Below are positions 1 through 8,041 of a DNA stretch of 36,734 nucleotides, piece by piece. The notes below the pieces were generated by a model. It did no database searches, was not told the DNA's origin, and saw nothing but the letters and a program-made list of their open reading frames with translations. Position 1 is the stretch's first letter, and each line of letters starts with the position of its first letter. The position numbers and the translations under genes are program-made. This stretch comes from Calditrichota bacterium (lineage in GTDB: Bacteria > Calditrichota > Calditrichia > RBG-13-44-9), in assembly GCA_024276455.1 (NCBI GenBank), contig JAJRXE010000159.1, positions 1-36,734 of the forward strand. Direction: 5' to 3'.

Positions 1-138
1 CTGCTGATGCACCTGCAGAACCTGCAATTTATTCGGATCCAGATGACAAATCCCGCAGCTCTCACACGCGGCACTCGGTTGCATGCGAACTTCCAATTCC
101 CCCCGCTCGTTTTTTATCACCACCCCTGTTTCTCGCAT
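1..138 (-). CDS. RseC/MucC-family (SoxR-reducing system) protein, N-terminal 46 codons only; the gene continues beyond the window start
   Basis: The minus-strand ATG at 138-136 opens a frame that stays open to base 1: MRETGVVIKNERGELEVRMQPSAACESCGICHLDPNKLQVLQVHQQ. The pattern of a G-V-V beta-hairpin followed by a C-x-x-C-x-x-C cluster is typical of RseC-family N-termini. The fragment is partial and short. Confidence 0.45.
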   Translation of the reverse strand, partial: MRETGVVIKNERGELEVRMQPSAACESCGICHLDPNKLQVLQVHQQ

Positions 139-353
139 CGCTTTCACCTCGTTTCAAATCCCTGTGAATTTAAAGGGGAATGACCCATGAAGCAAGATTT
201 CATTTAGTTCCGCTGACCGAAGAAAAATCGGGCCCGGAGTGGTCAGCAGAATCTTTTTGCTCTGACAAACGTAACTGGAGAAAGCGAATTAAACAAACGG
301 TTGATTTGTTTTGCCAAACTGCATTATATTTTTTCATTACAAAGAGGTTTTTT

Positions 354-1652
354 ATGAAATTTCGATTTGTTCTGCCATTAACCATATTTTTAATCCTGGG
401 CAGCCTGGAACAGGGATTCGCTCAATTTCACCAGCAACCCGCCAAGATTGGTCGCAAAGAAGGACAAAAAGACGCTACCCCGGTGCTTTTCCGGGCCTAC
501 CCGGTGATGGAAACGCCCCAGCGTTTTAAGGTTTACCTGATTGCCAACGTGGTTTACGATCTGATGCAATTTGTGGTGGAAAACAAAGAGTACCACGCCG
601 CCTGCGAATTCGAAGCTCTCTTCACCTGCACGGACACGAAAAAAATCTACTCGCGCCTCTGGAAATCCGAAGCGGTGGTGGCGAACTACCGCACTACCAA
701 TCGCCGGGACCTTTACCATGTTTCGATCGACTCCATCACCCTTCCGCCGGGGGAATATGTCATTCAGCTGGACTACCGGGATTTGAACGGTCGCATTCGC
801 TTTCAACAAAAATTTTCCATTAACATGGAACCACCCGCGGGGGATTATTTTGCACCGCCTCTCCTGCTCGAGATGCGCCCGGGCGAAGAGTCGCTTTCCG
901 TGCCTTTTCCTTACCGCCCACTGGCGATGATTTCCACCCTGCCCTTCAATCGTCAATTGGGCGTGCTACTCCAGGGCCAATTTGTTCACCCGGTTGACAC
1001 CCTGCGAATCCGTTTTCGAATTACTCCGGAAATTTCCGAGAACCAGCCGGTAACCCTGGATACCACCGTTTCTTTCGCTCAAGCCACTCGTTGGCGGATG
1101 GTGCTTCAACCGCCTTTTCAGAAACTATTTCCCGGTAAGCACGAATTGAGCATTTCATATCAATGGGATTCCCAGAAAGAGGAGCAACACATTCCCTTTA
1201 CCGTGAGCTGGCAAGAGCGCCCCCGCAGCCTGGCTGATTTTGACTATGCCTTAAAGGCCCTAAAATTTGCATTGGACAAAGACCAGTACAAAGCCCTTTT
1301 CTCCGGCAACAAAAAGGAAAAACGGAAAGCTTTTTTTCAATATTGGCATTCTCTGGATCCCACCCCGGAAACCGCCTACAACGAACTGATGGTGGAATTT
1401 TACCAGCGGGTGGATTCCACCGATCTCTGGTGGGGCAAAAAGGGACGCTACGGTTGGCGCACCGATCCGGGAAAGATCTATCTTCTTTACGGGCGCCCCA
1501 ATCAAATCATCGACCGCAGCCTGGATCCCGAACGTCCCTACATGGAATGGATTTACGAGCTTCCGGACCGTCGGCTTCGTTTTCGCTTTCAAGCCCTGGA
1601 AGGCCGACGCTTGTACAAACTAATTAGCCAGAAAGAAGAACCCAAATCATGA
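354..1652 (+). CDS. Secreted GWxTD-domain protein
   Basis: The ORF spans 180-1652. I chose ATG 354 because it begins a classical signal peptide (MKFRFVLPLTIFLILGSLEQGFAQ). The C-terminal motif WWGKKGRYGWRTDPGKIYLLYGRPNQI is the GWxTD signature. The stop overlaps the next start (ATGA at 1649-1652). Confidence 0.8.
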   Translation: MKFRFVLPLTIFLILGSLEQGFAQFHQQPAKIGRKEGQKDATPVLFRAYPVMETPQRFKVYLIANVVYDLMQFVVENKEYHAACEFEALFTCTDTKKIYSRLWKSEAVVANYRTTNRRDLYHVSIDSITLPPGEYVIQLDYRDLNGRIRFQQKFSINMEPPAGDYFAPPLLLEMRPGEESLSVPFPYRPLAMISTLPFNRQLGVLLQGQFVHPVDTLRIRFRITPEISENQPVTLDTTVSFAQATRWRMVLQPPFQKLFPGKHELSISYQWDSQKEEQHIPFTVSWQERPRSLADFDYALKALKFALDKDQYKALFSGNKKEKRKAFFQYWHSLDPTPETAYNELMVEFYQRVDSTDLWWGKKGRYGWRTDPGKIYLLYGRPNQIIDRSLDPERPYMEWIYELPDRRLRFRFQALEGRRLYKLISQKEEPKS

Positions 1653-2671
1653 CCGCGAAACAAGTAAAAATCGGAGTGGTCGGCGTTGGTCACCTGGGTC
1701 GGTGGCACGTTCAACAATTGCAATTGCTACCCGATGCCGATCTGGTAGGCATCTACGACCTGGACCGCCAGCGCGCCGAGCAAATTGCCGCCGAATTTCA
1801 GACCCATACTTTTCCCACCTTCGAGCAGTTGTTGGCAGAAGTGGAAGCGCTGAGCATTGTCACCCCGACCACCACCCACTTTCACTACGCCCGCGAAGCC
1901 ATGTCCCGGGGATGCCATGTGTTCATTGAAAAACCGATTACCGAAACGGTGGAACAGGGGCAGCAACTGGTGGATTTGGCCCGACAAAGGGGAGTCAAGC
2001 TTCAGGTCGGGCACATCGAGCGCTTCAACCCGGCCATTTTAGCGCTGGACGATTTTCCCATTCAACCCCTTTTTATTGAATCGCACCGCCTGGCCAACTT
2101 CAATCCCCGTGGTACCGATGTGGCAGTGGTATTGGACCTCATGATTCACGACATTGACCTGATTCTTAGTTTCGTCCACAGCCCGGTGAAAGAAATTCAT
2201 GCCAGCGGGGCGGGAATCGTGTCTCCCAGCGAAGACATTGCCAACTGCCGCCTGGAATTCGAGAACGGCTGTGTAGCCAACGTAACCGCCAGCCGCATTT
2301 CCACCCGCAAAATGCGTAAAATGCGCTTTTTCCAGCCCAATGCCTACATTTCAGTCGATTTTCTGGAAGGCGCGGCCGAAGTGTACCACCTTACCGAGGT
2401 CGATGCCCCCATTCCCCCCGACAGCCTGTCCATCTCGTTAGGGCAAATCGGGGCGAAGGATGCCCGCAAAGAAATCCGGTACACTCGTCTGGAAAAAAAA
2501 GATGTAAATCCCTTAAATTACGAGTTAAACCTATTCATCCAGGCCATTCGGGAAAACCGTCCCCCGGCCGTCTCCGGAGAATCCGCCGTAAGGGCGCTGC
2601 AGGTGGCCCGGGACATTCTGGACAAAATTGAACAGCATGCGCAACTGGTAAAAAAATATTGGAGAATCTAA
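1649..2671 (+). CDS. Gfo/Idh/MocA-family NAD(P)-dependent oxidoreductase
   Basis: N-terminal Rossmann motif KIGVVGVGHLGRWH, followed by EKP (VFIEKPIT) and the GHIERFNP motif typical of this family. 340 aa. Confidence 0.9.
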   Translation: MTAKQVKIGVVGVGHLGRWHVQQLQLLPDADLVGIYDLDRQRAEQIAAEFQTHTFPTFEQLLAEVEALSIVTPTTTHFHYAREAMSRGCHVFIEKPITETVEQGQQLVDLARQRGVKLQVGHIERFNPAILALDDFPIQPLFIESHRLANFNPRGTDVAVVLDLMIHDIDLILSFVHSPVKEIHASGAGIVSPSEDIANCRLEFENGCVANVTASRISTRKMRKMRFFQPNAYISVDFLEGAAEVYHLTEVDAPIPPDSLSISLGQIGAKDARKEIRYTRLEKKDVNPLNYELNLFIQAIRENRPPAVSGESAVRALQVARDILDKIEQHAQLVKKYWRI

Positions 2672-3241
2672 GTGGATATTCGAGAATTTTTCTTCAAATA
2701 CCGCGGCTACACTCCCATTCCATTAATCCTGGTGGTTCTAATTTTCGCTCAACCCACCACCCGCTCCATCTTACTGGGACTGTTGTTAATGATTGTGGGC
2801 GAGGCAATTCGTATCTGGGGCGTCTCTTACGCCGGTGGTGCCACCCGCACCCGAAATGTGGGTGCTCCTTTTCTGGTCACCAACGGTCCCTTTGGGCACG
2901 TGCGGAACCCCCTCTACATCGGCAACATGATTATGTACGCCGGCGCTGCCCTTATGGCTAACATCTGGGAACCCTGGCTCATCATTCTGGTACTCGTCTT
3001 TTTTGGCATCCAATATTCCTTTATCGTCAATCTGGAAGAAGAAAAATTGCGGGAATTGTTTGGACAGGTTTACGAAGATTACTGCAAAATCGTGCCCCGC
3101 TTCTTGCCGCGGCTGGCGCCTTACACCGGCGGGGAACCCGTTACCCCGAACGTTAAAGAGGCCATTCGTTCGGAGAAAAGTACCTTCATTGGTTTTGGTG
3201 TGTTTATTCTCATTATGATTGCAAAAAAATTTTGGGGCTAA
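2672..3241 (+). CDS. Membrane methyltransferase of the isoprenylcysteine carboxyl / phospholipid methyltransferase (ICMT/PEMT) family
   Basis: Multi-pass hydrophobic protein with the family motif GPFGHVRNPLYIGNMIMYAGAAL. A GTG start directly abuts the upstream TAA (TAAGTG), which suggests translational coupling. Confidence 0.75.
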   Translation: MDIREFFFKYRGYTPIPLILVVLIFAQPTTRSILLGLLLMIVGEAIRIWGVSYAGGATRTRNVGAPFLVTNGPFGHVRNPLYIGNMIMYAGAALMANIWEPWLIILVLVFFGIQYSFIVNLEEEKLRELFGQVYEDYCKIVPRFLPRLAPYTGGEPVTPNVKEAIRSEKSTFIGFGVFILIMIAKKFWG

Positions 3242-3355
3242 TACCGGAAACACGCGATTTTGCGCAGGAAAACGATCCGCTAACCTGTTTAAGAGAAATG
3301 GTTACCAACGGTAAGGAAGAAGTAATTTAATCATCCAACTTTGGGTGTAAAGAGA

Positions 3356-3427
3356 GGAGAAGTCGCAGACCAGCAGGTTTTGAAAAAGAGATCGTAGCGT
3401 CAGATCAAACCTCCGGCGGACTTCTCC
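3356..3427 (+). promoter_or_regulatory. Structured 5' leader (nested helices) immediately upstream of the SD of the 3439 gene
   Basis: A 9-bp outer helix GGAGAAGTC (3356-3364) / GACTTCTCC (3419-3427) encloses AGGTTT (3375-3380) / AAACCT (3407-3412) and GATC (3390-3393) / GATC (3403-3406). The SD GGGGAGGAAAG and the ATG follow at 3428-3441. I did not recognise a riboswitch class. Confidence 0.3.
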
Positions 3428-3438
3428 GGGGAGGAAAG

Positions 3439-4122
3439 ATGGTGTTAAAAATTACCCGTTGGATTACGGTGTTCGCTTTTCTTCCGCTGTTATGCTGGGG
3501 ACAGGATGTTCTCCAACCCGCCACCGCTGCCAATTCTTCATTGCTCAATAAACACAGCTTAACGATTCAGATCGGATTTTCCGGACAGGCCACAAATAGC
3601 ACCTCGCTGTCCGAAACAGGGATTGCAGCCACTACTTCGGCAAACGGTCCCACTGTTTTTCTCAGTTATTCCTATTGGTTCAAAGCGAACTGGGCGTTCT
3701 TTGTCAAAAGCGGGGCGCTCCAGGTGGAAGCCAAAAATCAAACGGAAGGATACGAGGTGTTTAGTGAGACCGGTGTTGTGATTCCTTTGTTGCTGGGAGC
3801 CAAATTTCAACCCGAGACAATCTCTGCGGGAAAAGCCATTCGCCCCTTTCTTTCTGTAAGTTTGGGACCGTATCTCGGGTTCGGCACCCAATCGTCGGCC
3901 GGACTGAGCGTGTCGAATAAAACCAGTGCGGAAACCGCTTTGGGGGCGCGAGTAGGAATCGGGATCGATGCCTTTTTCGGTACCCACTTTTTGCTTGGTT
4001 TCGATGCCGGCTACCACCTGGTTTCCGATTTTTCAACTCCCATTGCCAACCAGGAAAATTACAGCGGCGGAGAGGTTTTACTCACCCTGGGCTTCATCTG
4101 GGGGGAAAGCCCCAAAAAGTGA
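3439..4122 (+). CDS. Hypothetical small outer-membrane beta-barrel protein
   Basis: Signal peptide MVLKITRWITVFAFLPLLCWGQD. The protein is Gly/Ser/aromatic-rich with alternating hydrophobic strands (LLGFDAGYHLV, VLLTLGFIWG). There is a strong SD (GGAGGAAAG). I did not recognise a specific family. Confidence 0.6.
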   Translation: MVLKITRWITVFAFLPLLCWGQDVLQPATAANSSLLNKHSLTIQIGFSGQATNSTSLSETGIAATTSANGPTVFLSYSYWFKANWAFFVKSGALQVEAKNQTEGYEVFSETGVVIPLLLGAKFQPETISAGKAIRPFLSVSLGPYLGFGTQSSAGLSVSNKTSAETALGARVGIGIDAFFGTHFLLGFDAGYHLVSDFSTPIANQENYSGGEVLLTLGFIWGESPKK

Positions 4123-4154
4123 GGGAAGTTTTCGCTAATTCGGGAAACAACTGA

Positions 4155-4187
4155 CGACAAACCATGCGCGGAATTGTCGGCGTTTTT
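4155..4187 (+). terminator. Putative intrinsic terminator after the 3439-4122 gene
   Basis: Stem CGACAA (4155-4160) / TTGTCG (4174-4179), then GCGTTTTT. The stem is short and the loop is 13 nt. Confidence 0.4.
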
Positions 4188-4271
4188 AGGGCAACAATAC
4201 CGAAAAAAATCCGTTAAGATGATTCAAAATTCATTAATAATAAAACCGGAGATCAAAATTCAGGAGACCAA

Positions 4272-5690
4272 ATGATGAAGGAAGAATCCGACTGTAAAAT
4301 CACCATCGAGAATGTGAACCAATACGTACTCGGTTACGATCGCAAAGTCCCCATCATTAACGGAGAACTTCGCCAGTACATCAACTTCGACAATGCGGCC
4401 AGTACCCCGGCTCTCAAACCGGTCATGGAGAAGGTCAATGAATTCATGGAATGGTACAGCAGTATTCACCGGGGCACCGGATTCAAATCGCAGCTTTGTT
4501 CTGAAATTTACGATCGTTCCCGCGACATCGTTGCTCAATTTGTGAATGTGGATCCGGAAACCCACGCCATTATTTTTGTCAAGAACACCACCGAAGCAAT
4601 CAACAAACTGGCCAATCGGCTCCCGGTGGGGCAGGATGAAGTCATCTTAACCAGCCGAATGGAACACCATTCCAACGATCTCCCCTGGAGGCAGCGGGGC
4701 AAGGTGGTATTCATCGATGTTTTGGAAGACGGCCGTCTGGATGAAGAAGACCTGCTTCGCAAGCTGAAACAGTACCACGGGAAAATCGCCCTTGTTTCCC
4801 TCACCGGCGCGTCCAATGTTACCGGATGGGTAAACGATATTAATCGCTTGGCGGAAATTGTCCACGAGCACGGAGCCAAAATCATGATCGACGCCGCCCA
4901 GCTTATTCCCCATCGGAAAATTGACATGCGCCCCTCCTCCGATCCCGGTCACATCGACTTTCTGGCCTTTTCCGCTCACAAAATTTACGCTCCCTTTGGC
5001 GCCGGGGTGCTGATTGGCGACAAGGAATTCTTCGAGCAGGGAAGTCCGGACTACGTAGGCGGCGGCACGGTTAGTGTAGTGTCCTACGAGGAAGTGTACT
5101 GGACCCATCCGCCGGAAAAAGACGAGGCGGGAACCCCGAATACCATGGGGGTAATGGCAATGGCTAAAACCTTATTAATTATGATGGAACTGGGAATGAA
5201 TAAGGTTGCGGAACACGAAAAAGTGCTAACCCGCCACATGCTTCAACGGATGAAAGAAATTCCCAATGTAACGATTTACGGAAGTGCTGACCCTGCTGTG
5301 GTAGACAACCGCCTGGGGGTTATCTCTTTTAACATCGAGGGCGTGCACCATGCGTTAACGGCAGCCATATTAAATTTTGAAGGCGCCATCGGGGTGCGCA
5401 ACGGCTGCTTTTGTGCCCACCCCTACCTGAAATTTCTCCTCAAAATCAGCCCGGAAGAATCTCGGGTACTGGAGCAGGAAATGTTAGCCGGTAATCGTTC
5501 CCGAATACCCGGGGCCGTTCGAGCCAGTTTCGGGATGTACAACACCATTTCCGAGATCGATCAGTTCATCGAGGTGCTGAAAAAAGTAGCCAACGGAACC
5601 TATCAGGGGAAATATGTGCTGGACAGAACCCGCGGAGAATATCTGGTGGAGAATTACCAGCCCCCGCTGGAGGAATTTTTCCGCTGGTGA
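4272..5690 (+). CDS. Class-V aminotransferase-fold PLP enzyme (cysteine desulfurase / selenocysteine lyase-like)
   Basis: PLP-lysine motif FSAHKIYAPFGAGVLIG and the upstream HHSNDLPW motif. 472 aa, with SD AGGAG 7 nt upstream. Confidence 0.88.
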   Translation: MMKEESDCKITIENVNQYVLGYDRKVPIINGELRQYINFDNAASTPALKPVMEKVNEFMEWYSSIHRGTGFKSQLCSEIYDRSRDIVAQFVNVDPETHAIIFVKNTTEAINKLANRLPVGQDEVILTSRMEHHSNDLPWRQRGKVVFIDVLEDGRLDEEDLLRKLKQYHGKIALVSLTGASNVTGWVNDINRLAEIVHEHGAKIMIDAAQLIPHRKIDMRPSSDPGHIDFLAFSAHKIYAPFGAGVLIGDKEFFEQGSPDYVGGGTVSVVSYEEVYWTHPPEKDEAGTPNTMGVMAMAKTLLIMMELGMNKVAEHEKVLTRHMLQRMKEIPNVTIYGSADPAVVDNRLGVISFNIEGVHHALTAAILNFEGAIGVRNGCFCAHPYLKFLLKISPEESRVLEQEMLAGNRSRIPGAVRASFGMYNTISEIDQFIEVLKKVANGTYQGKYVLDRTRGEYLVENYQPPLEEFFRW

Positions 5691-5735
5691 CCTTCATCTT
5701 CTGACCTCCTATTCCAAAACAGCCTTTTTACTCAC

Positions 5736-5765
5736 ATGCCCGGTCTTTGGCCGGGCATTTCTACT
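5736..5765 (+). terminator. Intrinsic terminator after the aminotransferase gene
   Basis: An 8-bp GC-rich stem ATGCCCGG (5736-5743) / CCGGGCAT (5751-5758) with a 7-nt loop, followed by TTTCTAC. Confidence 0.55.
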
Positions 5766-5857
5766 CGGGGGGAAATTTTTCCGCATATTCGCCCCCCTCC
5801 ATTGAAACAGACCGGAATTCTCACTAAATTAAATAAAAAAGGCAGAGGAGCAATAAC

Positions 5858-6418
5858 ATGAATAAAGAAATTGCCTCTACCCCATTAACCGCGGAGATTC
5901 AGTTAAAATTAATCCAGGGGGACATCACCAGGGAAACAGTAGATGCCATTGTAAATGCTGCGAATTCTTATCTGAAGCATGGTGGCGGGGTAGCCGGAGC
6001 GATTGTCCGGGCGGGAGGTTCCATCATCCAGAAAGAAAGCGATAAAATCGGTTACGTACCGGTGGGAAATGCCGCCATGACCAATGCGGGAAAACTACCG
6101 GCCAAGTACGTTATTCACGCCGTGGGACCCCGCTGGGGCGAAGGCGATGAAGATGAAAAACTCAAAAACGCGGTCAAAAATAGTTTGCGCCTGGCGGAAA
6201 AACACGCTCTACATTCGGTTTCCTTACCCGCCATTAGCTCGGGAATATTCGGCTTCCCCAAGGACCGTTGTGCCCGGGTGATGCTGAAAGCCATTAGAGA
6301 TTTCGTGAACGAGGAACATCCCAAGCATCTGAAAGAAATCCGCCTTTGCCTGCACGACCAATCAACCCTGAATGCGTTCGTAACGGAGTTTCAGAAGCAG
6401 TTTGCTTCGGGAGAATAA
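5858..6418 (+). CDS. Macro-domain protein (MacroD/YmdB-like ADP-ribose / O-acetyl-ADP-ribose hydrolase)
   Basis: Motifs [29 protein letters not shown] and [13 protein letters not shown] are canonical macro-domain signatures. 186 aa. Confidence 0.9.
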   Translation: MNKEIASTPLTAEIQLKLIQGDITRETVDAIVNAANSYLKHGGGVAGAIVRAGGSIIQKESDKIGYVPVGNAAMTNAGKLPAKYVIHAVGPRWGEGDEDEKLKNAVKNSLRLAEKHALHSVSLPAISSGIFGFPKDRCARVMLKAIRDFVNEEHPKHLKEIRLCLHDQSTLNAFVTEFQKQFASGE

Positions 6419-6500
6419 GCAATCCCCGCGGTAATCAAAGAAAGAACAACCTGAAAGGAATCTAACATTTCAATCGAGGGAAACAGAATAAACTGTTTTA

Positions 6501-6535
6501 ATAAAAAAACCCGGCCGTCAGCCGGGTTCTTTCAC
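6501..6535. terminator. Bidirectional intrinsic terminator between the convergent macro-domain and HU genes
   Basis: Stem ACCCGGC (6509-6515) / GCCGGGT (6521-6527), flanked by an A7 run on the left (a U-run for the minus-strand HU transcript) and TTCTTTC on the right. Confidence 0.8.
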
Positions 6536-6552
6536 AAATGAGCATGAATGCT

Positions 6553-6825
6553 TTATGACAGCATTTCTTTCAGATCTTTTCCGGCTTTGAATACCGGAAC
6601 CTTCCGTGCCGGAACCTGAATTTTCTCTCCCGTACGCGGATTTCTCGCTTCGCGAGCCGGTCTTTCAACCACTTTAAAAGATCCAAAACCTACCAAATTG
6701 ACCGAACCACCCTTCTTTAGCTCTTCTTTAACCGTTCCAATCAGTGCATCCAAAAATTCCGCACTCTCTTTACGGCTTTTTCCCGTTTTTTCTGCTAAAG
6801 CGTCAATTAATTCTTTTTTGTTCAT
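6553..6825 (-). CDS. hup: HU-family nucleoid-associated DNA-binding protein
   Basis: The 90-aa product MNKKELIDALAEKTGKSRKESAEFLDAL...GFGSFKVVERPAREARNPRTGEKIQVPARKVPVFKAGKDLK is a textbook HU/IHF fold sequence. Confidence 0.95.
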   Translation of the reverse strand: MNKKELIDALAEKTGKSRKESAEFLDALIGTVKEELKKGGSVNLVGFGSFKVVERPAREARNPRTGEKIQVPARKVPVFKAGKDLKEMLS

Positions 6826-6993
6826 AACAGGCCTCCATACAAAATGAACAAATTTACGTTAATTTTGCCGTCAATTTCAGAAAAAAAGATTATAATGTCA
6901 AGTAAATTTTATCTAAAATTATAATTTTTAATCATTTCGATTCAATTTGGTTCGTTCTGGGGGAAAATAAGGCAGGATATTCCGGGGAAATGA

Positions 6994-7266
6994 TTAACCT
7001 CGTAATCGAAGGAGTTCCTTCAATTGCGGGGAATGTAAAATACTTTCGGCCACCTGCTCCAGAACTTCGTCCCGCTCGTAAAATTTGCTTTTGATGCGAA
7101 ATCGGATCTCGGCAATGCGTTCCGGAGTCAATTCGGTAGAATGCCCCACCGGTTCATTTAAGATTTTCTTCCACTCGTTTAAAAGCACTTCAAGTTCTTC
7201 CTGTAAATTTGGATTTGTTTTTTCCAGCGAGCGGTAAACAAATTCGTTCATCTCTCTGTTCTTCAT
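6994..7266 (-). CDS. flgM: FlgM-like anti-sigma-28 factor (tentative)
   Basis: A 90-aa acidic protein. Its C-terminal segment PERIAEIRFRIKSKFYERDEVLEQVAESIL fits the FlgM C-terminal pattern (K/R)(V/I)xxI(K/R)xxIxxGxYxVDxxxIAxxLL. The call is supported by a near-consensus sigma-28 promoter 76 nt upstream (7342-7368). Confidence 0.5.
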   Translation of the reverse strand: MKNREMNEFVYRSLEKTNPNLQEELEVLLNEWKKILNEPVGHSTELTPERIAEIRFRIKSKFYERDEVLEQVAESILHSPQLKELLRLRG

Positions 7267-7341
7267 TATTTCCCATCCCTGTTAATCATTAAAATTCACC
7301 GTTTCCAGCCTTTCCTCATCCTTGACAATTTCCATTTTATA

Positions 7342-7368
7342 CTATCGAATTGTTTAGTACTAACTTTA
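7342..7368 (-). promoter_or_regulatory. Sigma-28 (FliA)-type promoter upstream of the FlgM-like gene
   Basis: The minus strand reads TAAAGTTA (7368-7361), an 11-nt spacer, then TTCGATAG (7349-7342). The consensus is TAAAGTTT-N11-GCCGATAA. The -35 element matches 7/8, the spacing is exact and the CGATA core is intact. Confidence 0.6.
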
Positions 7369-7771
7369 GGCGGATTATAATTTTTGAGAGACGCTAAAAT
7401 CAATGATTGGGGCGTATTTTCGGCTCCTCGGGGACCTCTGCTTGGGGAAGTTTCACCCTTGCAACCAACCCCGATTACGGACAGAAAAACATTCCCCAAT
7501 TCGCTGCACTTCGGCGTCAAAACGAACTCAAATTTTCATTTTTAAATTGACTTTTTCACAGTATGGTCCATTCTCCGGGTAACGGAGGACAGAAAAAGAG
7601 AAAGGCAATATTTGTTAAATAAGAGATTGACCGATTCAGGTAAATTTTCAGGAGCCTGAACAATCAGCACAAGGGGGCACAGGAAACAATGTTGGCGGGA
7701 AAAACGTGGTAAACAATGCAGGAATCACACCAAATATTCGCAAGGAATCGGAACAGCACACCCAAACCCAC

Positions 7772-8029
7772 TCACTTTCTCGATGGGTAGGCATTCTCGC
7801 TGACGGCCAGCTGCGACAGTCCGTCCGAAAAAATTTCCGACAATTTCCGAACCACTTCCCCGATTTCCAGACCCATTACCAGCGCTACCTGCTCTAAACT
7901 GAGTTTTTCGTAAAAACACAGTCCCAGCAAAACTTTGCTTTCGTTAGAAAGATTCTTCATCGTCTCCTTCAGTACTTTTTCGCTTTTAACCTCAGCTGCA
8001 TTCATCTTGAATTTCCAATAATTTTTCAT
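7772..8029 (-). CDS. Small stand-alone sigma-70 region-4-like HTH protein (85 aa)
   Basis: The segment NLSNESKVLLGLCFYEKLSLEQVALVMGLEIGEVVRKLSEIF matches the region 4.2 pattern of sigma-28/ECF sigma factors (LxxxxRxVlxLxyxEglsxxEIAxxlGxsxgxVxxxl). The ORF starts 12 nt after the fliW stop, so regions 2 and 3 cannot lie upstream. The SD is weak and the ORF is possibly coupled to fliW. Confidence 0.5.
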   Translation of the reverse strand: MKNYWKFKMNAAEVKSEKVLKETMKNLSNESKVLLGLCFYEKLSLEQVALVMGLEIGEVVRKLSEIFSDGLSQLAVSENAYPSRK

Positions 8030-8041
8030 CGATTGCTTGTT

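Noticed and set aside
390-956. A long antisense or alternative-frame ORF inside a well-supported gene. The same applies to 11852-12682 (+), 13735-14586 (+), 16350-17588 (+), 10359-10961 (-), 26583-27389 (-), 34894-35502 (+), 36135-36713 (-) and many shorter ones.
   Set aside because: These are shadow ORFs of strongly motif-supported genes on the other strand or frame. Their products are Arg/Gly/Pro-rich or low-complexity, with no recognisable motifs and no SD sequences.
7296-7520. 74-aa minus-strand ORF in the spacer between the r4-like ORF and flgM. I also considered a decayed or hidden csrA here.
   Set aside because: The product (MTPKCSELGNVFLSVIGVGCKGETSPSRGPRG...) has no similarity to the CsrA pattern (MLILTRKxGE...VRIGIxAPxxVxVxREE). 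It lacks an SD and it overlaps the sigma-28 promoter. No frame of 7267-7771 reads like CsrA.
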